From Chiloscyllium plagiosum (Eukaryota): a stretch of 46,802 nt of DNA. The position numbers and the translations under genes were made by a program. The DNA lies in assembly GCF_004010195.1 (NCBI RefSeq), contig NC_057719.1, positions 13,237,277 through 13,284,078 of the forward strand. The letters are read 5' to 3'. Each line of letters begins with the position of its first letter. Within the stretch, counting starts at the first letter, position 1. Shown here piece after piece: positions 10,626-22,942 of this stretch. The notes beneath the pieces are model-generated. The model had not been told where the DNA came from. It did no database searches and saw only the letters and a list, made by a program, of their open reading frames with translations.

Positions 10626-11211
10626 TAGTGAACGTACCAGTAAGAACCACAGGTAAGCATAGCTCCTTCAGGGAGTCCAAAGAAGTAAATGTGTGCATAT
10701 GAGTGTGAGTGTGCGTGTACTCAGCAGGTACTCGTGTGACTTGGTCAATGTTGTCTACCTCATACACTGCAGGCAGGGAAGCACCGAGGCATGGTGTATT
10801 GGTGAGACCGAGCAGAAGCTACGACACAGATGAATGGACACTGTGCAACAATCATCAGACAGGGATGTTCCCTCCCAGTCGGGGAACATTTCATCGGGAC
10901 ATTCAGCCTCGAGTCTTCGGGTGACCATCCTCCAAGGCGGACTTTGGGATATGCAATGACACAGAGTGGCTGAGCAGAGGCTGATAACTAAGTTTGGAAC
11001 CGATGAGGATGGCCTCAACCAGGACCTCGGGTTCATGTCACATTATACTGTACGCTCTCTCATACATACACATTCTTACATACTTACACACCCATGCAGA
11101 CCTTCTCTCATACACACGCCCTCTTTTATACACACACACGCTTACACTCCCCACACTCACACCCATACGCACACTCTCTCACAGGCTTATACTCCATCAC
11201 ACAGACACACT

Positions 11212-11245
11212 TTCCTGAAGAAGGGCTCATGCCCGAAACGTTGAT
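11212..11245 (+). ncRNA. Minimal hammerhead ribozyme motif
   Basis: CTGAAGA-A-GGGC-TCAT-GCCC-GAAAC-GTT; intact core, palindromic ACGT stem III, weak stem I. Confidence 0.7.
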
Positions 11246-11303
11246 TCTCCTGCTCCTTGGATGCTGCCTGACCTGCTGCGCTTTTCCAGCAACACATTTT
11301 CAG
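11214..11303 (+). mobile_element. 90-bp Penelope family A micro-insertion starting at the hammerhead core
   Basis: Perfect 14-bp TSD cacagacacacttt at 11200-11213 and 11304-11317. Confidence 0.88.
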
Positions 11304-12079
11304 CACAGACACACTTTACCAAGCATGCATACACGTAAACAAACACTCTTTGGTGCACTCATACTCATATGCAAACACACACACTCTCTCTCCCCCTCAT
11401 GCACACACAGACACATACGTCTATGGGGTGAATTTGCATTTGCAGAAATATATTTCCAATTTATTCCATTTTGTTCAAAAAACACACAATCTGCAGGCAG
11501 TCAATCCATGTAATATTTTATAAATTCCTATTTTGGAAATAGAACCCGTCTGACTCAAAACTGGAATACAGACAGACTCTAACCTCACACCTTTAATGCA
11601 TTATCTAAGCTGAGATATCACCTTTTTAAATAAAACCTTAAGTAATCTCAAAAATATGACTTAAAAAAAGTTCTGGCATTTACATATTAATGAACTGAAA
11701 CCTGTAACCCACTCTAAAAGCTGAAAGACTTAAAAGCAATTTAGGCTTTTACAAAATATCATTTCAGTTGCATGACGCTGTAATCTTTTGCTATACATTC
11801 TGTGTCTTATGATCCTGCTCCATAGCTACCTGATAAAGGAGCAGCGGTCCGAAAGCTAGTACTTCCAAATTAACCTGTTGGACTATAACGTGGTGTTATG
11901 TGATTTTTAATTTTTCCCACCTCAGTCCAACATCGGCTCCTCCACATTATGGCTGCATTCTGAAGGCATTCTTCATGGCAATGCCTGTGACACCATCAAC
12001 CTACCACAAGGATAGCTTGGGGCAAGTGATGGTCTCGTGCCATTATCACGAGACTATTATTCCAGAGACTTACTAGATA

Positions 12080-14065
12080 CAGAAATATTGGGTTACTTGA
12101 AAGTGCATGTTCAATCAGCTGCAGGCAGAGAGATCATATCCAAAGTGAGAGGGAGGATATAGTTCAGGGAATTTGGAGGCAGCGTGGGAATTTGGTGTAA
12201 AAACAAGATAAACTGAAGCCCAGGCTTAGGGGTTCAGCACAAGAGGGCGACATCACAGGTCAATTGCCAGTTGGTGAGTGCAATCAATTTGACTATCCAC
12301 TGGAGGTGACTTCCAGATCGATGGTAAATAGGGGAAATATTTGCAGACTACTAGAGTTTTAAAAATCAAATCAAGAACCAGGTAATTAAAATAGAGATGC
12401 CGGGCCAGGCAATGTGTTGTAACTGCATGATGTGGGAGCTGGTGGACCCCAATGTGGTTCATAGTGACCACATCTGTAACAGGTTTTGGTTGCTTGAGGA
12501 ACTCGGGGTCGGAGTCGATGAGCTGGAGTCTGAGCTTCGAACACTGCAGCGTAGCAGGGAGGGGAGAGTTACCTGGACGCTGTGTTTCAGAAAGCAGTCA
12601 CACCCTTTAGGTTAACTACCTCGAATTCAGTCATTGGTCAGGGACAGGAGGGTGTGACTATTAGCGAGGCAGTTAGGCGGATCCAGGAGGTAATGCCGAA
12701 GGACCCTCAGCCCTTGAGCTTGTCCAATAGGTTTGAGATCCTTTTCTCCCCGTGTGGATGAGAGTGGGGGCTGTAGGGAGGATGAGCAAACTGACCATAG
12801 CACCGTGGTACAGGGAGTCTTTTGAGAGGGGGGAGAAAAGAGGAAATTTACTGTAATTGATGATAGCATAGTCAGGAAAGGAGACACTGTTCTCTGTGGC
12901 CAGGATTGTGATCACCAAAGGGTGTGTTGCCTGCCTACTGCCCGGAATCAGGGTATCTCATGTGAGCTGCAGTTGCTGTGGCTCACATAGGTACCAATGA
13001 CATCTATAAAAAGAGAAAAGAGGTTCTGCTGAGGGAATATGAGCAGTCAAGGTCCAAATTACAAAAAAGATCATAATTTCTGGATTGCTACCTCAGCCAC
13101 GAGCAAATTGTCACCAGGTTAGCAAGATTAAAGCTGAAAAGGTGCAGCTTAAAGATTGGTGTTGGGGGAAATGGGTTGGGATTCAGGGCAGTTTGGCCCC
13201 AGTACTGGGGAAGGAGGGAGCTGATCAGAGCTCCACCTGAATCATGATGGGACAGGAGTCCTGCTGAATACTGGTTGGGTCTCTAAGCTAAATAGTGGGG
13301 GCAGGGCCTCAGTTGCATGGAAAAGTAAGGCCAAATTTGAAGTGGAGGGGAGGGCTTGGCAGAGGTCATTGAAGTTTCCACAACATGTAATGGGCCAGAG
13401 AGGATGGAAAGAGTGAAGAACCTCTGACACAGCAGATTATGTGGTAACTATGAGAAGAGGGTGTGCAGTCAACACAGGACTGAGGGGGTTGTACTTAAAT
13501 GTGTATGGAACAAGGTAAATTAAATTGTAAGTGCAGATTGAAATTGATGGGTTACAATGGTGTGGTAATAACAGAGACATGGCTGCAAAGAGGATCAAGG
13601 CTGGGAAATAAATATCCAAGGAGTCACATCCCATCGAAAGGACGGGCAGATGTGCAGAGGGAGCAGGTTGCCTTTTTAGTCAGAAATTAAATTAAATCAA
13701 TAGCCAGAGGTGATACAGAATCAGAGGGTGTGGAATCTGCAAAGGCAAAAAGGGTCATGCTGGGAGATGAGTCCAGGCAGTAGTCGTGGGTAGTAGTCAG
13801 GAAGACCCTTTCGAACTGAACTGAGGAAGAATATCTTCAGCCAGAGGGTGGTTAATCTGTGGAACTCATTGCTGCAGTGGGCTGTGAAGGCCAATTCATT
13901 TAGTGCAGTTGAGACTGAGAAAGACAGGTTCCTGATGAGTAAGGAGATCAAGGATTATGGGGAGAATGCAAGAGAATGAGATTCAGAAACGTATCAGCCA
14001 TGATTGAATTCAGAGTAGACTTGATGGGCTGAATGGTCTAATTCAGCTTCTGTATCTTATGGTCT
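12080..14065 (+). mobile_element. Internally deleted CR1 LINE (5' UTR, ORF1 zinc finger/leucine zipper + SGNH esterase, ORF2 start, 3' end)
   Basis: MCCNCMMWEL..HICNRFWLLEEL..VDELESEL; LSNRFEIL; VIDDSIVR; RVCCLP; HIGTNDI; ORF2 VVITETWLQ; jump at ~13795 to a CR1 3' end finishing tcttatggtct. Confidence 0.9.
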
Positions 14066-14780
14066 AAAATCATCACTGGATGATGCACAAACAGGAGAAT
14101 ATCCAAGAAAAACAGCCCCGCAGTGTAGCTTCAACGATTCAGACTTGGGCATCTCCTGCATTCTTGCTCATGTTGCTTATTAATCAGATGGGAATTTGTC
14201 AACTCTGGAAGAATCTTCTTTTAATATAATAAGCGACTATGTCTGAGATGAGATAGCCTGTAATGCTGACTGGGCGAAGACATGTGAACGTTATGCAGTC
14301 AGCCTGAATTGAGATTGTCTAATTGAGTATTATGTAGTAATCTGCACTTGCTCCAGGGGTTTCAAACTCTGCCAGTTTTTCTTGGCTTTAACTTGATCTT
14401 TTCTGATTGCTCTTTACTTCAGGGGAACTGCCAGAGTTTACACATAATACCTTCTATCACGTCCAATTAGCATTCTGCCTTTGTGCTCAGGCAAGCAAAC
14501 ACTCCTTGGGTTCTTTGAATGCAGTGGTCCAGGTTTAAAGAGACAGATATTTCAGGAGAGGATGCAAAATAGTTACACCCCACCAAGCAGAGACTCAACG
14601 TGGAAGTTAGGGAAGGATCCACACCCAGAGCCTGTCCTTGTTCCTTCCTGATGCTGATGACTCACATTATGTTACCAATATTCTCTCTTCTTACTCCAAA
14701 CTTATCGACTGAGCCAAAAGATGTTGAGGCTTTAGAACAATGAAGGCTATGAGGTGGGGGATTTAATAAAGGTCTTCAAT

Positions 14781-15575
14781 TAGAACAGAGAACATAGATC
14801 AGTACAGCACAATACAAACCCTTCGGCCCACGATGTTGCTCCGAACATTTATCTTAATCTAAGATCAACCTAACCAACACACCCCTCAATTTACTGTCGT
14901 TCCATGTGCTCGTCCAGTAGTCGCTTAAATGTAGGCAACAGTGAGCAATGCAGATGCTGGAGATTAGAGTGAAGATTCGAGTGGTGCTGGAACACCACAG
15001 CAGGTCAGGCAGCATCTGAGGAGCAGGAAAATCGCCACTCCCTTACCACCAGACACCTGGAGGAAAAATACCTGATCTTCCCCCTCAGAATCCTCCAACC
15101 CTATGGTATCAATGTGGACTTCAGCAGTTTCCTCATTTCCCCTCCCCCCCATTACCCCAACTACATCTTTCCAGCTCAGCACCGCCCTCATGACCTGTCC
15201 CATCTCTCCATCTTCCTTTCCACCTCTCCGCTCCAACCTCCCCACCTCCATCCACCCATTGTACTCTCAGCTACCTTCCCCCCAACCCCATTCCCCTCCC
15301 ACTCTGTCTCCACCCCCGAGGCTCAATCCTGATGAAGGGCTTTTGTCTGAAATGCTGATTTCCTGCCCTTCGAATGCTGCCTGACCTGCTGTGCTTTTCC
15401 AGCACCACTATAATCTTGAGTCGCTTAAATGTCCCTAATGTCTCTGACTCTACTATCACCGCTGCAATACATTCCATGCACCCACCACTTTCTGTGTCAA
15501 GAACCTACCTCGGATATCTCCCCTATACCTTCCTCCAATCATCTTAAAATTATGACCCCTTGTGACAGCTATTTC
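14781..15575 (-). mobile_element. HER1/CR1 3' end split by a Penelope insertion
   Basis: tagaacagagaacatag...cccttcggcccacgatgttg is the reverse complement of the tail at 41880-41944; resumes at 15419. Confidence 0.85.
14933..15418 (+). mobile_element. Penelope family A 3' fragment with inverted 5' terminal segment
   Basis: 14933-15033 inverted terminal repeat; then GIY-YIG C-terminus (TRHLEEKYLIF, LQPYGINVDFSSF), C-rich UTR, decayed hammerhead at 15329; perfect 14-bp TSD agtcgcttaaatgt 14919-14932 and 15419-15432. Confidence 0.9.
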
Positions 15576-15920
15576 TCAAAATTGAGAAGCGTTTTTGTTG
15601 AGAATGAAAGATTAGAAAATGTTTCCACTGTCAGGTGGATCAGTAACCAGGAAATATCTGTTAGAATCACAGAGGTCTACGGAACAGAAAAAAGTCCCTT
15701 CAGCCCATTGAAACTGCACCGGCCAAAAACAGTCCCGTCCTCCAACACTTGGCCCAGAACCTGGTCCACCTTGACATCTCAATACTTCATGAGATTAGAT
15801 TCCCTACAGTGTGGAAACAGGCCCTTTGGCCCAACAAGTCCACACCGACCCTCCAAAGAGGAATAACCCACCCAGACCCATTTCCCTTTGACTAATGCAC
15901 CTAACACTGCAGGCAATTTA

Positions 15921-16917
15921 GGTAAAAACAATGACTGCAGATGCTGGAAACCAGAATCTGGATTAGAGTGGTGCTGAAAAAGCACAGCAGGTAAAGCAGC
16001 ATCCGAGGAGCAGGAAAATCGACATTACGGGCTAAAGCCCTTCACCAGGAATACAGGCAGAGTGCCTGAAGGGTGGAGAGATAAATGAGAGGAGGGTGGG
16101 GGTGGGGAGAAAGTAGCAAAGAGTACAATGGGTGGATGGGGGTGGGATGAAGGTGATAGNNNNNNNNNNNNNNNNNNNNNNNNNNNNNNNNNNNNNNNNN
16201 NNNNNNNNNNNNNNNNNNNNNNNNNNNNNNNNNNNNNNNNNNNNNNNNNNNNNNNNNNNNNNNNNNNNNNNNNNNNNNNNNNNNNNNNNNNNNNNNNNNN
16301 NNNNNNNNNNNNNNNNNNNNNNNNNNNNNNNNNNNNNNNNNNNNNNNNNNNNNNNNNNNNNNNNNNNNNNNNNNNNNNNNNNNNNNNNNNNNNNNNNNNN
16401 NNNNNNNNNNNNNNNNNNNNNNNNNNNNNNNNNNNNNNNNNNNNNNNNNNNNNNNNNNNNNNNNNNNNNNNNNNNNNNNNNNNNNNNNNNNNNNNNNNNN
16501 NNNNNNNNNNNNNNNNNNNNNNNNNNNNNNNNNGGAATGGTCTTTGCAGAAGGTGGAAAGGGGTGGGGAGGGAAATATATTCCTGGTGGTGGGGTCTGTT
16601 TGGAGGTGGCGGAAATGTCGGCAGATGATTTGGTTTATGTGAAGGTTGGTAGGGTGGAAGGTGAGCACCAGGGGGGTTCTGTCCTTGTTATGTTTGGAGG
16701 GGTGGGGTCTGAGGGCGGAGGTGCAGGATGTGGACGAAATGATTGGAGGGCATCTTTAACCATGTGGGGATGGAAATTGCAGTCTCTAAAGAAGGAGGCC
16801 ATCTGGTGTGTGTTCTGTGGTGGAACTGGTCCTCCTGGGAGCAGATACGGCGGAGGCGGAGGAATTGGGAATACGGAATTGGGTATTTTTGCAGGAGGTA
16901 GGGTGGGAAGAGGTGAA
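15921..16917 (-). mobile_element. Penelope family A element fragment (RT thumb/linker to 3' terminus; contains N gap)
   Basis: IPYSQFLRLRRICS (ORF 16688-17104 -) and LTFHPTNLHINQIICRHFRHLQTDPTTRNIFPSPPL (ORF 16042-16668 -); terminal repeat 15921-16050. Confidence 0.9.
16160..16533. other. Assembly gap (N run)
   Basis: Run of n. Confidence 1.
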
Positions 16918-18834
16918 AGGCCAATTCACCTAACCTGCACATTATTGGACTGTCGGAGGAACCGAGAGCACCCGGAGGAAACCCGTGCAGACACGGGGAG
17001 AATGTGCAAACCCCACACAGACAGTCGCCCGAGGCTGGAATTGAACCTAGGCCCCTGGTGCTGTGAGGCAGCAGTGCAAACGACTGAGCCACTGTGCCAC
17101 CCACTGGTTTTTTGCCTCTGCCACCTGTGCAGGCAGTGAGTCCCCTCTGGGTGAGTAAAATCCTCTCTAAATCTTCTGCCCCTTACCCTGCGATTGAAAG
17201 GTGCTTGCTTATGGGGCCATCACTATAAGCAACTGATTCCATTAGAGTGCTCCCTTCAATCCTCCTTCCTGTATTGGGTTTAAGAATCTCTTTGTTAAAC
17301 ACGAGTGGAGGATGACCCATTAGTAAGTCTGAACCAGAAGAGGAATTTGGTTTAACAACAGCAATGTATGGTAGCAATAGGTCCAAGTTGGATTAGCAGG
17401 TTAGACGTATTTATGAAGAATATGAGGAACAAGGGATGAAATGTTTAAAACTGCATTCCTTGACTCTCCACCCAAGATTGTGTGGTGGGAGTGTTGAATG
17501 GTTGGAGTCTAATGCAGTCTCCAATATTAATCCTTTCAGAACCATTGCCTTATACAACAAAAGGGACATGAGAGGACACATTTTTACAGAAGGTGGAAGA
17601 AATTGAACTGCATACAACTGTACCTCTTCCTACTCCCACAGGATCTTTGTGACCGTGGTCACAGACTGGCCGGGTCTTGGTACATATTTCCTACATTCTC
17701 CCTCCATGTCTCATTGCATATTTCTGATCCCAGTCGGCACTTCTCAGCAATGAACGGTGACTAATGAGAGGCAATTTCCTGAGTTTTTGCTGCCAATGTA
17801 CAACATTAATCATCAGCTTCACATATCAGGCTTCCCTCCCAGTGCATTGTGAACAAAGCTGTTGTCTGATGCATATTCTGAAATTCCACTTTATGATTCA
17901 ATAATCACTCTCCAGATTCAAATGGTGAGTAATGGAGGAACATTCTCAACACGTTGAAGAAGAGAAAAGTATCAGATCATCATTTTTCTAAACATAATAT
18001 GAGATCCAAATGAAGATTGGTATAAATTATATATCATTCCATATCTGTGTTAACTAAACCTTGGGAAAGAAAAGTTCCACTAAACTTTTAAGAGTGATAA
18101 ATTCTCTTTGAATTGAAAATATGATCCTACATTCCCTGCGGCTATTTCAATTCTTATTAATGAAGCTTTATCTTTTGAGCATTCAGAATCTGAACCTGAC
18201 TATAAATTGTTCTGTTCAAGAATGTAACCAGTTGGGATCTGCTACTACATCTAAACCTGGAGCTATAAGATAGGTTTTATGAATCTGTGATCTTAACAGT
18301 GCTTCATGCACTAGGGATATCTATCAAGTACTAAGATAGAGTTAATTATATTCTATACAAATTCTCTTTCCATGGGATTTATTTCACATTACTCATTGTA
18401 AATTGAGCAACACCAAGGTATGCTTTAGAGAAATGCAATTGCACGCGACTGGCCAAACTACGTCTGCATTGCTTGTGTAGAGACTGACAAAAGTGAAATT
18501 GTCTCGAGTTAACACAGTTTTAGGATGAATGGTAACATTCTTTAAGTCCATATCTTTTCAGTAACCTGCATAAAACATAACTGCAAATGAGAGTGCATGC
18601 CATTTTTCTTTTGTATTTTTGTGAAAGAGAAGTGATTGGAGAAATGCAATTAGAATTAATTTACTGGCTGGATTACCATGTGACTCCAACCTCTGCTGTA
18701 AGTGTCTTTGTGCGCAGGCTGTGGTAATCATTATCCTCGAGACGGGACATGGTTTTAGAGAAAGGCACAGATTACATGGAAAGTAGTGTGTTTGGTGCAT
18801 TGTTTCTTCCAAATAAAACAAGAACTGTGTACCT

Positions 18835-19343
18835 TCGCCTACAGTTCTGGTCACCATATTGATGTGGATGCTTTGGAGAGGGTACAGAAAAGGTTTACCA
18901 GAGTGTTGCCTGGCATGGGGGACTTTTGCCATGAGGAAAGATTGGATAGATGAAGTTTGTTTTCACTGGAAAAAGGAGGTTTACGGGTGGCCTGGCAGAA
19001 GTTTATAAGATTGTGTATAGCATGGATAGAATGGAAAGTAGGAGGCTTTTTCCCAGGGTGAAGGGGTCAATTACTGGGGGACACAAGTTCATGGGGTGGG
19101 GGCAAATTTAAAAGTGATGTGCGAGGCAAGGTTTCCACACAAAGGGCAGTGAGTGCCTGGAACGTGCTACCAGAGGTGGTGGAAGCAGACACAATAGCAG
19201 CGCTCAAAAAGGATCTGGACCAATACATGAATAAGAAGGGAATAGAGGGATACGGATCCTGTAAGTGAGGACACTTTTTGCATGGAAGGGCAAAATGTAT
19301 TGGCACTGGCTTGGAGGGCTGTGCTGTATTGTTCTTTATTCTA
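18835..19343 (+). mobile_element. CR1/HER1 LINE 3' end
   Basis: cagttctggtcacc (QFWSP), ttggagagggtacagaaaaggtttacc (LERVQKRFT), tail gtgctgtattgttctttattcta. Confidence 0.9.
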
Positions 19344-20407
19344 ACCTCTTAATCCTTCCGCCATCAGCAAAGAAAATGTTTGCCAACGCATTTCTTTCCT
19401 CCACAAGAGAAGTTCACTTTTAGAAAGCGAATCGCTGACCTGGAACGCATGTACAAGACAATAATCGCATCAAGGTGCAGCAATTGCTCGCTCACAGCCC
19501 ATGAACACTGACACTGAAGCCTGAGATCACAGTGCTACTTTTACGACCTTTCGGATGTTAGTTCAATATAACGATCCTTTTCTCGTTTTTGGCCAGCATG
19601 AAAAGGAAGTGCTGCGTTCAATTGCTAACACCGGGACAATTGGCTCCGGTGCATGTGGAACCAGGCAAAGAGAAATGCCAACAGAAATAACAATTGATGG
19701 ATTTAGACACACGTTTTGCTCTTTTGAGCAGAAAACTCAATGTTTCTCACTGGGGTTGAAGTACAATATTTAGTTTGCTGTCAGTGGTAACGATGTAATC
19801 CCATTTGGCCTTGTCTCCCATGTAAAATATATGGTGTAGATACTGATGGATACATAGGCACTCCAACCACATGAATGGTGGTGGGCAATAAATCAACTCA
19901 ATGTAGTAGTAGAGAGTGCCTTCCATCCCTATGTGCGGTGATGGGTGGGCACGGCTGATATGTGCAAAAGGTAAGGGTGATGTGCTTGTGACTGTCTTTC
20001 TTTGGAATGCTAATTGGATCACCAGTTCAGCTCGCAGATACCAGCCATGAGACAATCTGAAGCACTCCATGTGATACCAAAAAATAAATCTCTGCATTGG
20101 ATACAGCAAACTCCATTGATCATGACATGGTGGTTTTATACACTCCAGAACAAGTCACACTTCAAGCCAACCACATTGTGAGAAAAAAACAAAAAAAATT
20201 TCTCAAATCTGTCCTTTCACCAAAAACACATGCCAATTCCAATTCAGGTTCACTTTCAGTTTTCAGCAACCTAATGGAAAAGTGGTCATCGAGTGTGCTA
20301 CTGAGCAGCTCTTATTCACCAATGACCTGCTCATTAATGCTCAGTATGGGTTCCACCAAGATCATATGGTTCCAAACCTCATTACTTCTTGATTCAAGAG
20401 TGGACAT

Positions 20408-21042
20408 GATTTGGAGATGCCGGTGTTGAACTGGGCTGTACAAAGTTAAAAATCACACAACACCAGGTTATAGTTCAACATATTTATTTGGATTCACTAG
20501 CTTTCGGAGCGCTGCTCCTTCATCAGGTGGTTGTGGAGAGAATCATAAGACACAGACTTTACAGAAACAGGATTGCAGTGTCATGGGATGTAATATTAAA
20601 CATATTTAGCTTACATCTTTCATCTTTTAGAATGATGATGTCAGTTTCAGTTCCTTCACATGTAAATCCCAGAATTTTTTTAAAGTTACATTCTCAAGAA
20701 AGCTTTTAACAATAGATGTCATCTCAGCTCAGATAATACATTGAAAGTGTAAAGTTAAAGTCTGTCTGTGTCCCAATGTTAGGTCAGACTGATTCTATTT
20801 CTAAAGTGGGCGTTACAGAATCTTACATGGATTTGTGTGGCTTTTGAGCAAGTGAAGGAACTGAAATTGACATGATCACTCGAAAAGATGAAAGATGTAA
20901 GCTAAATTTGTTTAATATTACATTTCAGACACTGCAATCCTGTTGCTATAAAGTCTGTGTCTTATGATTCTGCTCCACAATCACCTGATAAAAGCTAGTG
21001 CTTCCGACTAAACCTGTTGGACTATAACCTGGTGTTTTTAAC
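20408..21042. mobile_element. Fold-back Penelope family B insertion
   Basis: 20408-20850 is the - strand 3' UTR/terminus (homologous to 11500-11950) and 20851-21042 a + strand copy; perfect 15-bp TSD ttcaagagtggacat 20393-20407 and 21043-21057. Confidence 0.9.
20495..20529 (-). ncRNA. Minimal hammerhead ribozyme motif, intact
   Basis: CAC-CTGATGA-A-GGAGC-AGC-GCTCC-GAAAG-CTA-GTG: stem I CAC/GTG, 5-bp stem II, palindromic AGCT stem III, CUA triplet. Confidence 0.78.
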
Positions 21043-22769
21043 TTCAAGAGTGGACATATTATCTGAATTTCAAGGTTAGATAATTCTGACTGCTCTATTA
21101 TCAAGGTGACTTCAATTGAACAGGGCATCAAGGAACCTTTGTAAAATTGAAGTCACTGATAGTTACGAGGTTGGAATAATACCCAGCACAATTGCTGAGT
21201 ATTATTTCAAAGCAAATGATCTTCTTTAACAAGAGAAACTCTAGCCATCTCCCCTTGGCAATCAATCGTATTGCCATCATTGAATCCTCCTTTGATTGAT
21301 TGTCTCGACTCAACATTTTCACAGATCACTATTGACCAGTGACTGCGGCTGCACACACCTACTGTTTCTGCATGAGCAGATCAAACCTGGGAGTGCACCC
21401 AGTGAATATCTCAACCCCCGACTCCCCAGAAACTGCCCACCATCTACAAGGCACAGCACCATGATGGAACACTCTCACTTTGTCTCAGTGAAAAAGCTCT
21501 ACAGCATTCAGGGCTAACCAACTGCTTGATTAGGCACCTTCCTCACTCCAGTGACAATAGTGTACAGCATCTATTAAAGGCACTGCAGCAACATACTGAT
21601 GTTTCGTCAACAGTGCTCCCATTCTCATGATATCTACCACCTTGGAAGAACGAGGGAAGTGAGTGCACAGGAACACAGATGCAAGTTCCCCTCCAAGGCA
21701 CACATCAGCTTGATCTGGAAATCTATTACTGTATTTCCATTGTTTCCTGGTCAAAATAAATGCGAATGATTCCCATGAATAAAAGAATTTGCAGTCCTAT
21801 GGCAAAAGTACATCTCCTAGAATTATTACAGTTTATAATTCCTATGCAAGGTACATAATTATCTTCTCTTTAGTGCAAGACTGAAGATGAAAAGGACCAT
21901 GGCATTCAAGAAGGAAATACCAGTAATTTACGCATTGTTGGCATTTATTAGTTCTTGGTAAGTGGGCTGGCATCATTAACTGTTCCTAATTGTCCTTGTG
22001 AAAGTCATAGTTCGCTTTAACTTGAATCACAGTGCCCCATCCTGCATGTGGGCTCCCATAGTGCTTTCAGGTAGACTTTCAGTGCAAGTAAAGGGATGGT
22101 GGCAGATGACTCCGCCCCATTTTATTACATCACTAAAGATCCTCACACAGTCAATTACTTTATGAGCTGCTCATGTCACATGTGGGAGAGGAATTATCTG
22201 AAGATTGCGAGGGAGAGAATCGACTCCCCCTGGGGATTAGTGTTTTGGCTGCTGAAGTCTCTAGTTTCTATAAATCATGTTTCCAGTCAGAGCAGGCGCT
22301 GATGAAATTTGAGGAGATCAAACAGAACGGTTTTCTACATTAAAAATAAATCCCCACCTTGGCTCTGCTTCTTTTGCTGGTTTTCTTCGACTTGTATGAT
22401 TTGCTCCAACCGCTATCCAATCCATATTTCCAACTTTAACGCCACCTTAAAGATCCCAATTTGGTTGCATCTCAAACTTCTTTTATCTTGACATAAATCC
22501 CAGCCTTGTTTTCCTTTCTTGAGTATTTGTAACCTTTCAATCATGATATTATCCTGGTCATTTTTGTTGGTGCTTCTCCAATGTCTGTATATCCTTTAAT
22601 ACTTGGAGTTTATGTATCCAATGCAAAAACAGCTGCTGTGTTTCATCTGTGTTTCATGTGCCCAAGTGAAGTCACAGCAGCATAAACATTCGATTTCACA
22701 TTGAAGCATAGAAAATTGAAGCAGGAGTAGGCTATTTGGCCCTTTTAGCCAACTCTGCTATACATTATG

Positions 22770-22930
22770 GAGAATCAACATTTCGGGCATAAGCCCTTTA
22801 TCATTCTTAATAAAGGGCTTATGCCCAAAACGTCAGTTCTCCTGCTCCTTGGATGCTGCCTGACCGGCTGTGCTTTTCCAGCACCACACTCTTTATTCTG
22901 ATCTCCAGCACCTGCAGTCTTCACTTTCTC
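22770..22930. mobile_element. Fold-back Penelope family A insertion
   Basis: gagaatcaacatttcgggcataagccctttatcattcttaataaagggcttatgcccaaaacgtcagttctc is an inverted repeat, followed by the family A terminus. Confidence 0.85.
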
Positions 22931-22942
22931 CTCTGCTTTATG

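Larger units (their letters stand above)
10690..11950 (+). mobile_element. Penelope-like element 3' part: GIY-YIG endonuclease remnant, CA-rich UTR, family B terminal repeat
   Basis: Manual translation from 10726: RYSCDLVNVVYLIHCRQG..AWCIGETEQKLRH, then AEQRLITKFGTDEDGLNQDLGFMSHY; terminal cctgataaaggagcagcggtccgaaagctagt (11829-11860) and cctgttggactataac. Confidence 0.9.
15790..17102 (-). mobile_element. HE1 SINE split by a Penelope insertion (15790-15920 and 16918-17102)
   Basis: The two halves are colinear with 5101-5399. Confidence 0.9.
20260..21790 (+). mobile_element. Highly decayed pieces of the ORF1-less CR1-group LINE, split by a Penelope insert
   Basis: 20320-20407 plus 21058-21160 are colinear with 3420-3610; 21400-21785 resembles 4130-4680 (ccaccatctacaaggcaca, caagttcccctccaag, tcccatgaataaaa). 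Confidence 0.65.

Noticed and set aside
10966..11513. His/Thr-rich ORFs
   Set aside because: Translation of the CA-rich Penelope UTR.
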